Shown: positions 9,271 to 19,595, counted from the stretch's first letter. The stretch is DNA of 64,000 nt from a candidate division Kazan bacterium GW2011_GWA1_50_15 (GCA_001029795.1 CP011216.1:279128-343127), one strand, 5' to 3'. Made by a program: numbers and translations. Notes: a model not told the origin generated them from the sequence alone.

Positions 9271-10215
9271 TTATTCTTCAGAATTACTAGATGCATCGAA
9301 GTGCAAACCAAGTTCATCTAGTTTAGACATGATCTCGTCCAGAGCTTTAGCCCCTAGACCTTTCAAACCCTGCAGTTTATCTGGGCCAAGCTCTAGAATA
9401 TCACTGATCTTTTTCGCCCCATTGTTGATCAGAGCGTTGGTAGTCCGGATGGACAGGTTGATCTCGTCCACGTTGAAATCGCGGACATCGCCAGTAACGG
9501 CCTCCTGTTCTGTGACTGGCACCTCAACGTCAGACGGCGTGGCCCCAAAAGTACCGAGCTGGTTACTGAGGATTTGGGCGCTTTGCTTAATAGCTTCGTC
9601 CGGGGCCATAGTGCCATCAGTGAGAATGTCGATGGTCAGCTTATCGTAATTAACCATCTCGCCTACCCGGGTCGGCTCCACTTTAAACGCCACTTTTTGT
9701 ACCGGGGAGAAAGCCGCATCAATAGCGATAGTGCCAATAGAGAAACTCTCATCGTCCATCTTCTCGCTCGGCAGGTACCCGCGGCCTGAAGTAACAGTGA
9801 TATCAATATCGAGAGTTGCTTTGTCGGCGAGAGTTGCTATCTCGACTTCAGGGTTAACCAACTCGGCCGAACTGGGTATCTGCAAATCCGCGCCAGTGAT
9901 CGCCCCTGCTTTGGTGGCGTGAAGTTTGACCGATACCGGACCCATCTCGTGCAGTTTAAACCGGAGCTGTTTGAGGTTCAGAATCACTTGCACGGCGTCT
10001 TCTTTCACGCCAGGGATGGGAGAGAACTCGTGGTCTATCCCAGAGATCTTGGCCGCGACGACAGCCACCCCGGGCAAAGAACCCAATAAAATTCTCCGTA
10101 GGGCGTTACCGACCGTGGTGCCGTAGCCTGGGAAAAATGGCTCGACCACAAAGACAGCGCGATTACCGGCTTTTTCTTCTATTTTGATACTTGGCAAGTT
10201 GATGTCGTTCATCAT
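9271..10215 (-). CDS. rpoA: DNA-directed RNA polymerase subunit alpha
   Basis: 314 aa with an N-terminal dimerisation domain and a C-terminal aCTD (NCLKRAGI-like INLSIRTTNALINNGAKKISDI). Confidence 0.9.
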   Translation of the reverse strand: MMNDINLPSIKIEEKAGNRAVFVVEPFFPGYGTTVGNALRRILLGSLPGVAVVAAKISGIDHEFSPIPGVKEDAVQVILNLKQLRFKLHEMGPVSVKLHATKAGAITGADLQIPSSAELVNPEVEIATLADKATLDIDITVTSGRGYLPSEKMDDESFSIGTIAIDAAFSPVQKVAFKVEPTRVGEMVNYDKLTIDILTDGTMAPDEAIKQSAQILSNQLGTFGATPSDVEVPVTEQEAVTGDVRDFNVDEINLSIRTTNALINNGAKKISDILELGPDKLQGLKGLGAKALDEIMSKLDELGLHFDASSNSEE

Positions 10216-10237
10216 AAACAGTTCCCCATAAAAATTA

Positions 10238-10864
10238 TTACTTTGAGTAGAATTCGATTATTAATCTTTCATTGAACGGAACTTCGATCTCGTCACGCGT
10301 GGGTACGGATGTCATTTCAATCTTCAGCTGTTCCGGGTCGACCTTGAGCCAACTGACAGGTTTATTCCCGCGGGCTAGCTCCTGCAGCTTAGTTTTTAGA
10401 GCCGGGCGTGAACTAACTCCCGTAATCACGTCTCCGGGTCGAATATGGATCGAGGGGATATCGACTTTACGGCCGTTAACCGCAAAGTGGCCATGACTGA
10501 CTGCTTGACGAGCCATGGGATGCGAATCGGCAAGACCGGCCCGGTAGACGATATTGTCGAGACGACTTTCAAGACCGGCTAGTAGCGCTATGTCAGTTGA
10601 GTCGGTCTGCCGTTTGCCGGCGGTGTAGTATTTTTTCATCTGCTTCTCGGTCAGATGATAAAAGACTCTGGCCTTCTGCTTCTCTTTGAGCTGTTGACCA
10701 TAACCGGTCGTCCGCGTAAAGGTCCTCTTCTTACCATGAGACCCGGGCGGCTGCTTGCGATGGAGTTTGGTGTATTTAACTCCGACTGCACGATCAGCGC
10801 TCAAGGCGAACTCTTCGCCCAGGCTTCGCACCTTCTTCATGGTTGGTCCAGTATATCTTGCCAT
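10238..10864 (-). CDS. rpsD: 30S ribosomal protein S4
   Basis: MARYTGPTMKKVRSLGE...; S4 domain. Confidence 0.9.
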   Translation of the reverse strand: MARYTGPTMKKVRSLGEEFALSADRAVGVKYTKLHRKQPPGSHGKKRTFTRTTGYGQQLKEKQKARVFYHLTEKQMKKYYTAGKRQTDSTDIALLAGLESRLDNIVYRAGLADSHPMARQAVSHGHFAVNGRKVDIPSIHIRPGDVITGVSSRPALKTKLQELARGNKPVSWLKVDPEQLKIEMTSVPTRDEIEVPFNERLIIEFYSK

Positions 10865-11329
10865 TTAGACTCTCCTTGCTTTACGCGGTCTGGGACCGTT
10901 ATGCGGGATGGGCGTAACATCCTTAATCGTGGTTACCTCTACCCCCGCCTGCGCGATGGAGCGGATAGCCGCGTCTCTGCCAGTTCCAACGCCCTGAACA
11001 AAAATTTGTATCTTCTGCAGTCCCATCCCAACCACTCGATTAATCGCCGCGCTAGCCGCTTTGGACGAGGCAAACGAGGTAGATTTCTTAGAGCCCCTAA
11101 ACCCCTGCTGTCCAGCTGAGCCGGTGGATAGCACCGCACCGGCGCTATCAGTAATAGTAATTAAAGTGTTGTTAAAGGTAGATTTAATGTAAGCTCTGCC
11201 CTCTAATACAGTTCGCTTGACCCGTTTCTTCTTAGGCTTGGCGGCCGCCTTAGCAGCGATGGCTTGCTGCTTGACTTCGGCCTTCTTGCCTTTCTCGGCC
11301 TTCTTTTGTAGACGCTTCTTTCTGCTCAT
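10865..11329 (-). CDS. rpsK: 30S ribosomal protein S11 (Lys-rich N-terminal extension)
   Basis: GRAYIKSTFNNTLITITD...RSIAQAGVEVTTIKDVTPIPHNGPRPRKARR. Confidence 0.9.
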   Translation of the reverse strand: MSRKKRLQKKAEKGKKAEVKQQAIAAKAAAKPKKKRVKRTVLEGRAYIKSTFNNTLITITDSAGAVLSTGSAGQQGFRGSKKSTSFASSKAASAAINRVVGMGLQKIQIFVQGVGTGRDAAIRSIAQAGVEVTTIKDVTPIPHNGPRPRKARRV

Positions 11330-11332
11330 GGT

Positions 11333-11719
11333 TTATGTCTTATCACCCGTCTTCTTGCGGCCACTACCCATTGTGACCCGCTTGCCGCGCTTGGTCCGTG
11401 CGTTAGTCTTGGTCCGTTGACCATGAACGGGGAGTTTTCTGGCATGGCGTTGACCCCGATAGCTGCCGACATCTTTCAGCCGTCTAATATTAGTTGATAC
11501 CTCTCGTCTCAGGTCCCCCTCGACCGTCAGGCGTTTTTCGATCATATCACGCAGTTTAGCCTCCTCCGCTTCAGTCAGATCTTTGACCTTGGTAGTGGGA
11601 GCGATTTTGGTATCACGCAGTACCTGGGCGCTGAGGGACCGACCGATACCATAAATCGCTATCAGCGCGATGTCGATCTTCTTGTTATCATCCAGATTTA
11701 TCCCAGCTAGGCGTATCAT
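11333..11719 (-). CDS. rpsM: 30S ribosomal protein S13
   Basis: MIRLAGINLDDNKKIDIALIAIYGIG. Confidence 0.9.
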   Translation of the reverse strand: MIRLAGINLDDNKKIDIALIAIYGIGRSLSAQVLRDTKIAPTTKVKDLTEAEEAKLRDMIEKRLTVEGDLRREVSTNIRRLKDVGSYRGQRHARKLPVHGQRTKTNARTKRGKRVTMGSGRKKTGDKT

Positions 11720-11721
11720 AT

Positions 11722-11835
11722 CTATCCTTGTCTTTGCTTGTGCTTCTTGTTGGTGCAGATTACCCTAACCACCCCGTCCCGTTTGATCACGCGACATTTT
11801 TTACAGATCGGTTTGACAGAGGCGGCTACCTTCAT
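11722..11835 (-). CDS. rpmJ: 50S ribosomal protein L36 (37 aa; not in the ORF track)
   Basis: Manual translation gives [37 protein letters not shown], the classic L36 Zn-ribbon, between infA and rpsM. Confidence 0.8.
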   Translation of the reverse strand: MKVAASVKPICKKCRVIKRDGVVRVICTNKKHKQRQG

Positions 11836-11868
11836 GGGTGGATTAAATTATTTCGAATTATCTAATAT

Positions 11869-12090
11869 TTAGGCTCTGTGCCGGTAAGTGATCCGGCCTT
11901 TCTCTATATCATAGGGGCTCATCTCGACTGACACCTTATCGCCAGGCAGAATCTTGATATAGTGCATTCTCATCTTGCCGGAGATATGCGCCAGGATGGT
12001 GTGGCCGCCCTCAAGCTCCACCTTAAAGGTGGCGTTTGGGAGGGCTTCGACCACGGTCCCCTCAAGTTCAATTACCTGCTTGTCGGCCAT
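11869..12090 (-). CDS. infA: Translation initiation factor IF-1
   Basis: 73 aa S1-like OB fold ([18 protein letters not shown]...[13 protein letters not shown]). Confidence 0.9.
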   Translation of the reverse strand: MADKQVIELEGTVVEALPNATFKVELEGGHTILAHISGKMRMHYIKILPGDKVSVEMSPYDIEKGRITYRHRA

Positions 12091-12136
12091 AAAAATTACT
12101 TTGCTATTATTCTATTTTTCGCCTAATTAGTCAAGA

Positions 12137-12898
12137 TTAATGGCTCCCAATGAGCGTTTCCAGGGGGGTAATCACCTCATAGCCAGTGGGGGTTACCAGT
12201 ACCGTATGCTCGAACTCAGCTGCCGGTCGGCCGTCCGCGGTTCGGGTGCTCCAGCCGTCGGCCTCAGTGATCACTTCGTCAGTGCCCAGCCCCGTGATCG
12301 GTTCGATGGCAATAGCCATGGCGGAGGTCAGCGTGGGGTCTTGGCCCCGGTCGACAAAGTTCGGGATCATCGGGCTTTCATGGAGTTTACGACCGACTCC
12401 GTGGCCAACGAACTGACGAAAGATAGTCAGACCGCGAGCGGTCAAAGTTTTCTCGATTGCACGAGAGATGGAGCTAACCTTGGCTCCAGCACGCACTTCA
12501 TTGGTCCCAGCTAGCAGCGCCGCATAGGCACCATCCAACAGCCTGGTAACGGATGGGCTAACTCGTCCCACCGTCCAAGTAACCGCCGCGTCAGTGTGAA
12601 GCCCTTGATAGTACAGACCCATGTCCACGGTGATAATGTCTCCGTCTTTGAGCTGGATATCGCGTGGCAAACAATGAACCACTTGGTCATTAACACAGAG
12701 ACACACTGGCGCCGGATAGCCTTCAAACCCTTGGAATGACGGCAGCCCTCCCTGGCGTTTAGCTTCGGTCTCAGCCAGTTTGGCGAGTAACCGTAAGTTA
12801 GTGCCTGGTTTAATTTCTTGACGCAATCGTTCCAGAACCAGCACTAACCGCCGGCCGCCCTCGCGCAGATAATTGATCTCTTCAGGGGTAAGCGTCAT
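12137..12898 (-). CDS. map: Methionine aminopeptidase type I
   Basis: 253 aa with metal ligands in DGDIITVDMG...HGVGRKLHE...AIEP. Confidence 0.9.
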   Translation of the reverse strand: MTLTPEEINYLREGGRRLVLVLERLRQEIKPGTNLRLLAKLAETEAKRQGGLPSFQGFEGYPAPVCLCVNDQVVHCLPRDIQLKDGDIITVDMGLYYQGLHTDAAVTWTVGRVSPSVTRLLDGAYAALLAGTNEVRAGAKVSSISRAIEKTLTARGLTIFRQFVGHGVGRKLHESPMIPNFVDRGQDPTLTSAMAIAIEPITGLGTDEVITEADGWSTRTADGRPAAEFEHTVLVTPTGYEVITPLETLIGSH

Positions 12899-13470
12899 AG
12901 ATCTAGGGCTTGTTTAATGGCTTTATGCACTGACGATCTTGGTCTATCGCCATCGATTACTTTTAATGAGCGATTCGCCCGATAGTGAGCTAGGAGCTTG
13001 CGTGCCTGCTGATTGAAGATCTGGACGCGCCGATTGATAGTCGTCGGGTTTTGATCGTCTAAGCGATTCTCAAGTTTGGCCCGATGCAGCAGTCTGGCTC
13101 GCATAGCCCTGACTGGGAGTTTCAGATAAACCATCGTTACCCGACGCTTGGATTGCCGCAGCAGTTTGTCTAGTTCGCTGGCCTGGCGCGGGCTACGGGG
13201 GTAGCCGTCGAAGATCACCGGCCGCGCACCAGCCAAACGCAGGTGCTGCCTGGCTATCTGGGTGGTGATACCGATCGGGATCAGTTTGCCGGCGTTCATT
13301 AATGATCTGACTGCCCGCGACTGGGCTGAACGACCGCGGGCTAAACACCTGATCTGGGCTCCCATATCAACATGGTGGGCGCCTAATTTTTTAATTAACA
13401 ACTGGGCTTGCGTTCCTTTGCCGGAACCCGGCCCGCCGTACAGGATAATATCGGAATTAAATTTCGTCAT
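12895..13470 (-). CDS. adk: Adenylate kinase
   Basis: P-loop GGPGSGKGTQA; NMP-binding and LID regions. Confidence 0.85.
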   Translation of the reverse strand: MTKFNSDIILYGGPGSGKGTQAQLLIKKLGAHHVDMGAQIRCLARGRSAQSRAVRSLMNAGKLIPIGITTQIARQHLRLAGARPVIFDGYPRSPRQASELDKLLRQSKRRVTMVYLKLPVRAMRARLLHRAKLENRLDDQNPTTINRRVQIFNQQARKLLAHYRANRSLKVIDGDRPRSSVHKAIKQALDL

Positions 13471-14731
13471 ACTGCTTCATGATCAGTTGAGCTCTGATCT
13501 GACGCATGGTCTCCAACGCTACCGACACGACGATCAGCAGACCGGTTCCACCCAGACTCAATGTGGTAATCCCGGTGGCGGCTTGAGCCAGCAGCGGCAG
13601 GATAGCGATCAGACCCAAAAAGATAGCGCCAGCCAGCGTGATGCGATTGGAGACAAAGGTAAGAAAGTCCACGGTCTGCTTGCCGGGACGGATCCCGGGG
13701 ATGAACCCCCCCGACCGCTGAATGTTTTCAGCGACGTTGTCGGGCCGGAAGATAACCCAGGTATAAAAATAGGTAAAGAAGACCACTAGGACAAAATAAA
13801 GCACTCCATAAAAGAGTTGGTCTTGAAATAGTTTTTGAATAAAGTCAGCCGCTTGTGCGATCCAAGGAGTCCGCGCCGCCGCGAAGAATGAGGCGATCAG
13901 GCCTGGGAAAAGCAGCAGCGACAAGGCAAAGATGATCGGGATGACTCCGGCTTGGTTAACTCGGAGCGGCAAGTGATTGGTCTGACCTGAAAATAACCGG
14001 TTGCCGCCACCGCGCCCAGCGTAGGCGATGGGGATATTGCGCTGCCCCTCGGTGATATAGACCACAAAGTAGATGGTAATAATGGCCAATAACCCAAAGA
14101 TAATGATGTTAACCAATTTCCCCACATCAAATAGCGCAATGGTGCCAGACAGGGCTGACGGCAGAGCTTCTAATATACCCACAAAGATGATCAGTGATAC
14201 CCCGTTGCCGATACCCATCTCGGAGATCAGCTCCCCTAACCACATCAACAGCATGGTCCCGGCGGTGACTACCATTAGAATAGCCATTAGCCGCAAGGGA
14301 GAGATATCGCCTAAAATAGAGACGTCCGAACGCTGTAATAAACTAACCATCCCCCAGGACTGCAGCAGCCCTAATGGGACTGTCAGCAGACGAGTGTACT
14401 GGTTGATCTTGCGCCGGCCGTACTCCCCTTCCTTTTGAAGCGCTTCAATGCTGGGGATAGCCATTGTCATCAACTGCATAATGATCGAAGCGTTGATGTA
14501 GGGCGCCACGCCCATCATAGCGATGGAGAATTTATTGAGAGCACCACCAGAGAACAGATCGACTAGGCCGAGGAACTGGTTACTAGAGAAAACCTGCTGC
14601 AGCGCTTCTAGATTAACACCCGGCATCGGGGTATGGACCACCAGCCGGACGATCACTAGTAGAAGCAGCGTCATCAAGATCCGATTCCGCAGATCCTTAT
14701 GTTTCCAGATGTGAGTAATGGTAGCTAACAT
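13457..14731 (-). CDS. secY: Preprotein translocase subunit SecY
   Basis: 424 aa with 10 TM helices, in the conserved position after rplO. Confidence 0.9.
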   Translation of the reverse strand: MLATITHIWKHKDLRNRILMTLLLLVIVRLVVHTPMPGVNLEALQQVFSSNQFLGLVDLFSGGALNKFSIAMMGVAPYINASIIMQLMTMAIPSIEALQKEGEYGRRKINQYTRLLTVPLGLLQSWGMVSLLQRSDVSILGDISPLRLMAILMVVTAGTMLLMWLGELISEMGIGNGVSLIIFVGILEALPSALSGTIALFDVGKLVNIIIFGLLAIITIYFVVYITEGQRNIPIAYAGRGGGNRLFSGQTNHLPLRVNQAGVIPIIFALSLLLFPGLIASFFAAARTPWIAQAADFIQKLFQDQLFYGVLYFVLVVFFTYFYTWVIFRPDNVAENIQRSGGFIPGIRPGKQTVDFLTFVSNRITLAGAIFLGLIAILPLLAQAATGITTLSLGGTGLLIVVSVALETMRQIRAQLIMKQYDEI

Positions 14732-14732
14732 A

Positions 14733-15182
14733 TTACTGAATGATCTCCACTTTCCCGCCAGCCGCTTCGATCTGTTTGCGGGCGGATGCGGATATAAAAT
14801 GCGTTTGAACAGTAAGATTGGCTTGCGCTTCGCCTTCGCCGAGTACCTTAACTTTGGTCCCGGATAAAACCAAGCCCCTTTGTTTTAATCCTTCAAGACT
14901 AATCTGACCATCTACAGCATAACGCTTTAGATCTTTTAAGTTCAGCCTAAAGACACTAAATTTGCGGTTAGCCCGAAAACCTTTCTTCTTGGCAATGCGC
15001 TGCACCAGCGGCATCTGACCGCCTTCGAACTTAGCTGAGAGCTTTTTGCCGGTACGCGCCTTCTGGCCCTTAGTCCCCCGGCCTGAGGTACTCCCCCGTC
15101 CAGCACTGTCGCCGCGGCCAGAGCGGGCTTTGGTTTTATATCGGCCGCTGCCAACTATATTGTGTAGATTAGTCTCGTTCAT
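14733..15182 (-). CDS. rplO: 50S ribosomal protein L15
   Basis: Gly/Arg-rich N-terminus (GRGDSAGRGSTSGRGTKGQKAR). Confidence 0.9.
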   Translation of the reverse strand: MNETNLHNIVGSGRYKTKARSGRGDSAGRGSTSGRGTKGQKARTGKKLSAKFEGGQMPLVQRIAKKKGFRANRKFSVFRLNLKDLKRYAVDGQISLEGLKQRGLVLSGTKVKVLGEGEAQANLTVQTHFISASARKQIEAAGGKVEIIQ

Positions 15183-15751
15183 GATGGTGATTCCGCTTTA
15201 GATTTGCCGGCTGGCCGGGCCACACCTCGGCTTTCCCAGATAGCTTGCGGGGATGTGATACGGCCGAGAGCGTCAACCGTGGCAACAATATTACTGATTT
15301 TGTTGCTCGAGCCTAGCATTTTAGCTACCGCATCCTTCACTCCTGCCAGATCCAAAACGATCCGAACCGGGCCTCCCGCGATCAACCCAGTCCCAGGCTG
15401 GGCAGGCTTGATCAACACTTGGGCGCTCTTATGTACGGCCATTATTTGATATGGCAGGGTACCTTTTTGAAGGTAGACCGCTTTAACATCTTTCTTGGCG
15501 TCAGTAACTGCTTTAGCGACGGCGGTGGTCACGTCTGCTGCTTTGCCTAAACCATAGGCTACCCGGCCCTGTTTATCGCCGATCACCACCAGCGCGCGGA
15601 AACGCATGCGTTTGCCGCCCTTAACTACTCGGGTAACCCGATTGATCTCAACTACCCGTTCGTCAAACTCTTTGGGGGCTGAGATCGGCCGCGGCCGGCG
15701 ACCGCCGCGTTGTCCGCCTGACATTGATCTAGTTGAAGAAGTGTTTTCCAT
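15179..15751 (-). CDS. rpsE: 30S ribosomal protein S5 (directly abuts L15; no L30 gene between)
   Basis: INRVTRVVKGGKRMRFRALVVIGD. The stop overlaps the rplO start, leaving no room for rpmD. Confidence 0.9.
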   Translation of the reverse strand: MENTSSTRSMSGGQRGGRRPRPISAPKEFDERVVEINRVTRVVKGGKRMRFRALVVIGDKQGRVAYGLGKAADVTTAVAKAVTDAKKDVKAVYLQKGTLPYQIMAVHKSAQVLIKPAQPGTGLIAGGPVRIVLDLAGVKDAVAKMLGSSNKISNIVATVDALGRITSPQAIWESRGVARPAGKSKAESPS

Positions 15752-15757
15752 ACAAAC

Positions 15758-16105
15758 TTAGAAGCTTAACCCCTGTTCACGGACAGCGTCAGCCAGAGCG
15801 CGCACTCGGCCGTGGTATTGATATGCCCCCCTGTCAAATACAACTTCGGTAATACCAGCCGTTATCGCCAACTTGGCGATATTCTCGCCTACTTGGCGGG
15901 CGGCTTCAGTTTTCGTTTTAGCCTTAGTCTTCAGACTATCGGCGGCGGCTAGCACCTTGCCAGATGCATCGACGATCTGGGCGTAGATCGCTTGGTTGCT
16001 GCGGAATATCGACAGCCGAGGCCGAGCCGCGCGCGAACCGATCCGCGCCCTGGTCCGGGCCTTACGCCAGTGCCGCCTTTGAATAGTTTGTCGTTGTTCG
16101 TTCAT
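15758..16105 (-). CDS. rplR: 50S ribosomal protein L18
   Basis: RLSIFRSNQAIYAQIVD...GRVRALADAVREQGLSF. Confidence 0.9.
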   Translation of the reverse strand: MNEQRQTIQRRHWRKARTRARIGSRAARPRLSIFRSNQAIYAQIVDASGKVLAAADSLKTKAKTKTEAARQVGENIAKLAITAGITEVVFDRGAYQYHGRVRALADAVREQGLSF

Positions 16106-16120
16106 AGTCGATTATCTCAA

Positions 16121-16666
16121 TTAACTCGACGCGGTCTTGGCGGCTTTCCCAGCTTTGCGCCGGACCATCTCATCGCTGTAGCGAATACCTTTCCCTTTGT
16201 ATGGTTCCGGCTTTTTCACGGCTCTGATCAATGCAGCCATATGCCCGACTCTTTGCTTGTCGATCCCCGAGATGATCAGTTGATTCTTGTCTTGCTTGAC
16301 CTCAACCCCGTCAATGATATCGAGAACAACTGGGTGAGAGAAACCCACATTGAGTACGATCTGGCTGCCCCGGACTTCCGCTTTGAAGCCAACCCCAGTG
16401 ATCTCCAGCGTGCGGCTAAACCCATCAGTTACCCCTCGTAGATTGTTAGCCAGCAACGAACGGACGAGACCATGGAGCGAGCGAGTGGGCTTATCGTCGC
16501 TCAGACGCTTGACCAATAGCTCAGCGTCTTTTTGCTCAACCGTGATCCTATCCGGGATAGCGATGGATAGTTCGCCCTTACTTCCCTTAATAATAACCTG
16601 ACCGCCACTGATGGCAGCTTGGGTTCCACTAGGAAGACTAATTGGCATTTTACCGATCTTAGACAT
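16121..16666 (-). CDS. rplF: 50S ribosomal protein L6
   Basis: MSKIGKMPISLPSG...two L6 alpha/beta repeats. Confidence 0.9.
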   Translation of the reverse strand: MSKIGKMPISLPSGTQAAISGGQVIIKGSKGELSIAIPDRITVEQKDAELLVKRLSDDKPTRSLHGLVRSLLANNLRGVTDGFSRTLEITGVGFKAEVRGSQIVLNVGFSHPVVLDIIDGVEVKQDKNQLIISGIDKQRVGHMAALIRAVKKPEPYKGKGIRYSDEMVRRKAGKAAKTASS

Positions 16667-16669
16667 AAA

Positions 16670-17071
16670 TTACCAAACTTTAAATAAGACTTCACCGCCT
16701 AAATTTGCCCGTCTGGCTTGGGTGTCGGTCATGATCCCCTGGGAGGTGGATACCACCATCACCCCTACTCCGCCCAGGACCCGATGTAGCCGGTTTACGG
16801 GAGTGTAGACGCGCTGACCGGGCCGGCTCATACGTTCGAGTCCGCGGACCACGGGGCGGCCGTTAGTATATTTCAAAACAATCTTGATCTGCTCGAACTG
16901 ACCAGTTTTGCTGGGGATAGTAGCGACCTCACTAACGTAACCGCTAGTATGCAATAGCCTAGCTATCTCCCACTTGATCCGCGAATACGGCACCAGCACA
17001 AAATCTTTCCGCACACTAAGCCCGTTGCGCACTCTGGTCAATAAGTCTGAAATTGGATCGGTCATCGTCAT
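16670..17071 (-). CDS. rpsH: 30S ribosomal protein S8
   Basis: MTDPISDLLTRVRNG. Confidence 0.9.
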   Translation of the reverse strand: MTMTDPISDLLTRVRNGLSVRKDFVLVPYSRIKWEIARLLHTSGYVSEVATIPSKTGQFEQIKIVLKYTNGRPVVRGLERMSRPGQRVYTPVNRLHRVLGGVGVMVVSTSQGIMTDTQARRANLGGEVLFKVW

Positions 17072-17092
17072 AGTTATTGATTGGTTAACATC

Positions 17093-17278
17093 CTACCAAC
17101 TCGCTTTTTTAATTCCTGGGAGTTTACCTGTCCGAGCTAGTTCCCTAAAACAGATCCGGCAAATCCCGAAATCTCTTAAAAAACCATGTCGCCGGCCACA
17201 AATCGAGCACCGGTTCATCTGGCGGGTGCTGAACTTGGGTTTCTGCTGAGCCTTATTAACTAATGCTTTTCTTGCCAT
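17093..17278 (-). CDS. rpsZ: 30S ribosomal protein S14 type Z (Zn-binding, 61 aa)
   Basis: [23 protein letters not shown], a C4 Zn-ribbon. Confidence 0.9.
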   Translation of the reverse strand: MARKALVNKAQQKPKFSTRQMNRCSICGRRHGFLRDFGICRICFRELARTGKLPGIKKASW

Positions 17279-17283
17279 ATGAT

Positions 17284-17844
17284 CTAAATCCTTTCACCTT
17301 TGCCTGGAACGTTAGCTTGAAATGGGAAACCTAATGCGCGGAGCAGATGTCGGGTCTGGTCTTGGTTTTTGGCGGTAGTAACTATTGATATCTCTAGACT
17401 AAATACCTTGTCGATATTCTCAAAAACGATCTCTGGGAAGACGACGTGTTCGGTCAACCCAAGAGTGTAGCCACCCCGACCATCAAATCCCGCCGACGGA
17501 TTTAAGCCCTGGAAATCTCTTACTCGCGGCAGAGCGACCTGAACTAATTTATCCAGAAAGTCATGCATTCTGCCCCCGCGCAAGGTAATCTTGACCCCGA
17601 CCGGATCGCCTTCGCGGACTTTGAATCCAGCAATTGACTGCTTAGCTTTGGTGATCACGGGCAGCTGACCAGTAATCCGCTTTAGTTCGTCGGCGATGGC
17701 CCCGATCGCTTTGGTGTCACCGGCTAGCTTCCCAACCCCAACATTCACTACCACCTTCATGATCTTCGGAACAGCCGAAACCGACTTGAGTCCAAGCTCA
17801 GTTTTTAGAGTGGGCAGTAGATTTTGGTAGTTACTTTTTGACAT
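17284..17844 (-). CDS. rplE: 50S ribosomal protein L5 (start placed at MSKSNYQ to clear rplX)
   Basis: The track ORF runs to 17877. The internal Met at 17844 gives a canonical L5 N-terminus ([15 protein letters not shown]) without overlapping rplX. Confidence 0.85.
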   Translation of the reverse strand: MSKSNYQNLLPTLKTELGLKSVSAVPKIMKVVVNVGVGKLAGDTKAIGAIADELKRITGQLPVITKAKQSIAGFKVREGDPVGVKITLRGGRMHDFLDKLVQVALPRVRDFQGLNPSAGFDGRGGYTLGLTEHVVFPEIVFENIDKVFSLEISIVTTAKNQDQTRHLLRALGFPFQANVPGKGERI

Positions 17845-18154
17845 CTTCGATGATAGCCTTACAAACCCTACAGACACGCTTTTTAACCTCCCCTATCCGA
17901 TGATACCCGACGCGGGTTGGGTGATTGCAGCTGGGGCAGATCAACATAACGCTCTCGACCGGCATCGCAGCCACCACTTCAACGATCCCGCCGGGCTGAC
18001 GATTCTGCCCGCCGCGACGCTGATGCCGCTTATGGATGTTCACACCCTCAACCTTCACCTTGCCTAACTGGTGGTCGGCTGACGCCACATGCCCGCTCTT
18101 GCCGCGGTCACGTCCTTTAATGACTAATACTTTGTCGCCTTTTTTAACCTTCAT
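17831..18154 (-). CDS. rplX: 50S ribosomal protein L24 with a C-terminal CxxC...CxxC zinc-ribbon extension
   Basis: KOW core MKVKKGDKVLVIKGRDRGKSG, then the extension LICPSCNHPTRVGYHRIGEVKKRVCRVCKAI. Confidence 0.9.
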   Translation of the reverse strand: MKVKKGDKVLVIKGRDRGKSGHVASADHQLGKVKVEGVNIHKRHQRRGGQNRQPGGIVEVVAAMPVESVMLICPSCNHPTRVGYHRIGEVKKRVCRVCKAIIEDVKK

Positions 18155-18165
18155 TACAATACCTC

Positions 18166-18270
18166 TGGTGAATTATCTCGAGAGGGCAACCAAGAGTTTC
18201 CCTCTCGACGCTCGTCGGCGAAGCCAAGTTCGTCAGCTGACGAACTAAGCTCACTGCTCTCCCTTCCTCG
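18166..18270. repeat. Copy C of a ~95-nt hairpin-rich structured repeat (inverted relative to copies A/B), in the rplX-rplN spacer
   Basis: ctcgagagggcaaccaagagtttccctctcgacgctcgtcggcgaagccaag...aagctcactgctctccc aligns with the reverse complement of 28020-28120 and 52990-53095, with compensatory changes. Confidence 0.7.
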
Positions 18271-18309
18271 GATTGTTGGATATTGATTGTTCATAGGGGT
18301 ATTAAACAT

Positions 18310-18678
18310 TTATAAAACTTCAGGCGCTAGTGACACTATCTTCATAAAGTTGCGGTCGCGCAGTTCGCGAGCGACGGGACCAAATACCCGAGTGCCGCGG
18401 GGTTGCTTGCTAGCATCAACTATCACAATGGCGTTCTCATCGAACCGGATCCAACTGCCGTCGGGCCGGTGGGTGGCTCTGACCGTTCTTACCACCACGC
18501 CTTTGATTATTTCTTTCTTCTTCACTACACCGGTCGGTGAGGCCACTTTAACGGCGCACACCACAATGTCACCCAAACCGGCGTACCGGCGGCGGCTGCC
18601 GCCGAGCACCTTAATGCATCTAACCGCTTTGGCGCCAGTGTTGTCCGCTACTCTTAAATTAGTGCCAGCTTGAATCAT
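18310..18678 (-). CDS. rplN: 50S ribosomal protein L14
   Basis: [17 protein letters not shown]. Confidence 0.9.
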   Translation of the reverse strand: MIQAGTNLRVADNTGAKAVRCIKVLGGSRRRYAGLGDIVVCAVKVASPTGVVKKKEIIKGVVVRTVRATHRPDGSWIRFDENAIVIVDASKQPRGTRVFGPVARELRDRNFMKIVSLAPEVL

Positions 18679-18684
18679 AACAAT

Positions 18685-18957
18685 TTAATCTATGGAAACC
18701 TCTGGTGACTTAGATGTTATTTGGATGATCTCCCAATGTTTAGTTTTACTGATCGGCCTAGTTTCGCCGATTACTACAGTATCCCCCGCCTTGACGGCGT
18801 CGGCTTGATCGTGGGCCGCAAACCGCTTCGTCTGCCGGATACGTTTCTTATATAAAGGATGTGGCACATAAGTATCCACCCGCACAATGACGGTCTGTTT
18901 TCCGGCCCGACTGATGGCGACACCGGTTTTCTGTTGTCGATACGATTGTTTATTCAT
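18685..18957 (-). CDS. rpsQ: 30S ribosomal protein S17
   Basis: GKQTVIVRVDTYVPHPLYKKRIRQTKRFAAHD. Confidence 0.9.
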   Translation of the reverse strand: MNKQSYRQQKTGVAISRAGKQTVIVRVDTYVPHPLYKKRIRQTKRFAAHDQADAVKAGDTVVIGETRPISKTKHWEIIQITSKSPEVSID

Positions 18958-19177
18958 GAGGTTGGATACTGGCTAAGATAACTTTTTCTTGCTGTACAGT
19001 TTTAAGCCTGGCTAGTTCTTGCTTGGTTTTGCGGATCAGCGCGTGGTTGGTTAGTTTGCGGATAGCAAGTTCGGCCTGAAGCTCCTGCAACCGATGTCTG
19101 GTCTCGGCTATCTTTTTCACCAACGCCTCTGCGTCCAGTTTACGATAATCTTGGATGATGATCTGCGACTTGGCCAT
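18950..19177 (-). CDS. rpmC: 50S ribosomal protein L29
   Basis: 75-aa all-helical protein; LRKLTNHALIRKTKQELARLKT. Confidence 0.85.
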   Translation of the reverse strand: MAKSQIIIQDYRKLDAEALVKKIAETRHRLQELQAELAIRKLTNHALIRKTKQELARLKTVQQEKVILASIQPHE

Positions 19178-19590
19178 TATCCTTCTCCTTTAGTGATAAC
19201 TTTAGTCTTCACCGGCAGTTTGTAACCGGCTAACCGCAAGGCTTTGGTGGCGACATTGGCTGGCACCCCGTCCATCTCGAACATGACCGTACCTGGTTTC
19301 ACCGTGGCTACATAGTGGCTAACCGCGCCCTTACCGCCGCCCATCCGAGTTTCGTTCGGGGTAGCTGTAACGGCTTGATGCGGGAAGATCCGGATCCAGA
19401 CCCGCCCTTCGCGTTTAATAAAGTGCGTGATGGCACGCCTAGCCGCCTCAATCTGCCGCGAGGTAATCCAGTTGGCATCCAGGGACTTAAGACCATATTT
19501 ACCAAAGCTAACCAAATTAGTCCGGGTCGCCACGCCCCCGCGTTTGCCTCGATGCTGTTTTCTGAATTTAACTTTCTTAGGTAGTAGCAT
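19177..19590 (-). CDS. rplP: 50S ribosomal protein L16
   Basis: MLLPKKVKFRKQHRGKRGG. Confidence 0.9.
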   Translation of the reverse strand: MLLPKKVKFRKQHRGKRGGVATRTNLVSFGKYGLKSLDANWITSRQIEAARRAITHFIKREGRVWIRIFPHQAVTATPNETRMGGGKGAVSHYVATVKPGTVMFEMDGVPANVATKALRLAGYKLPVKTKVITKGEG

Positions 19591-19595
19591 AACGA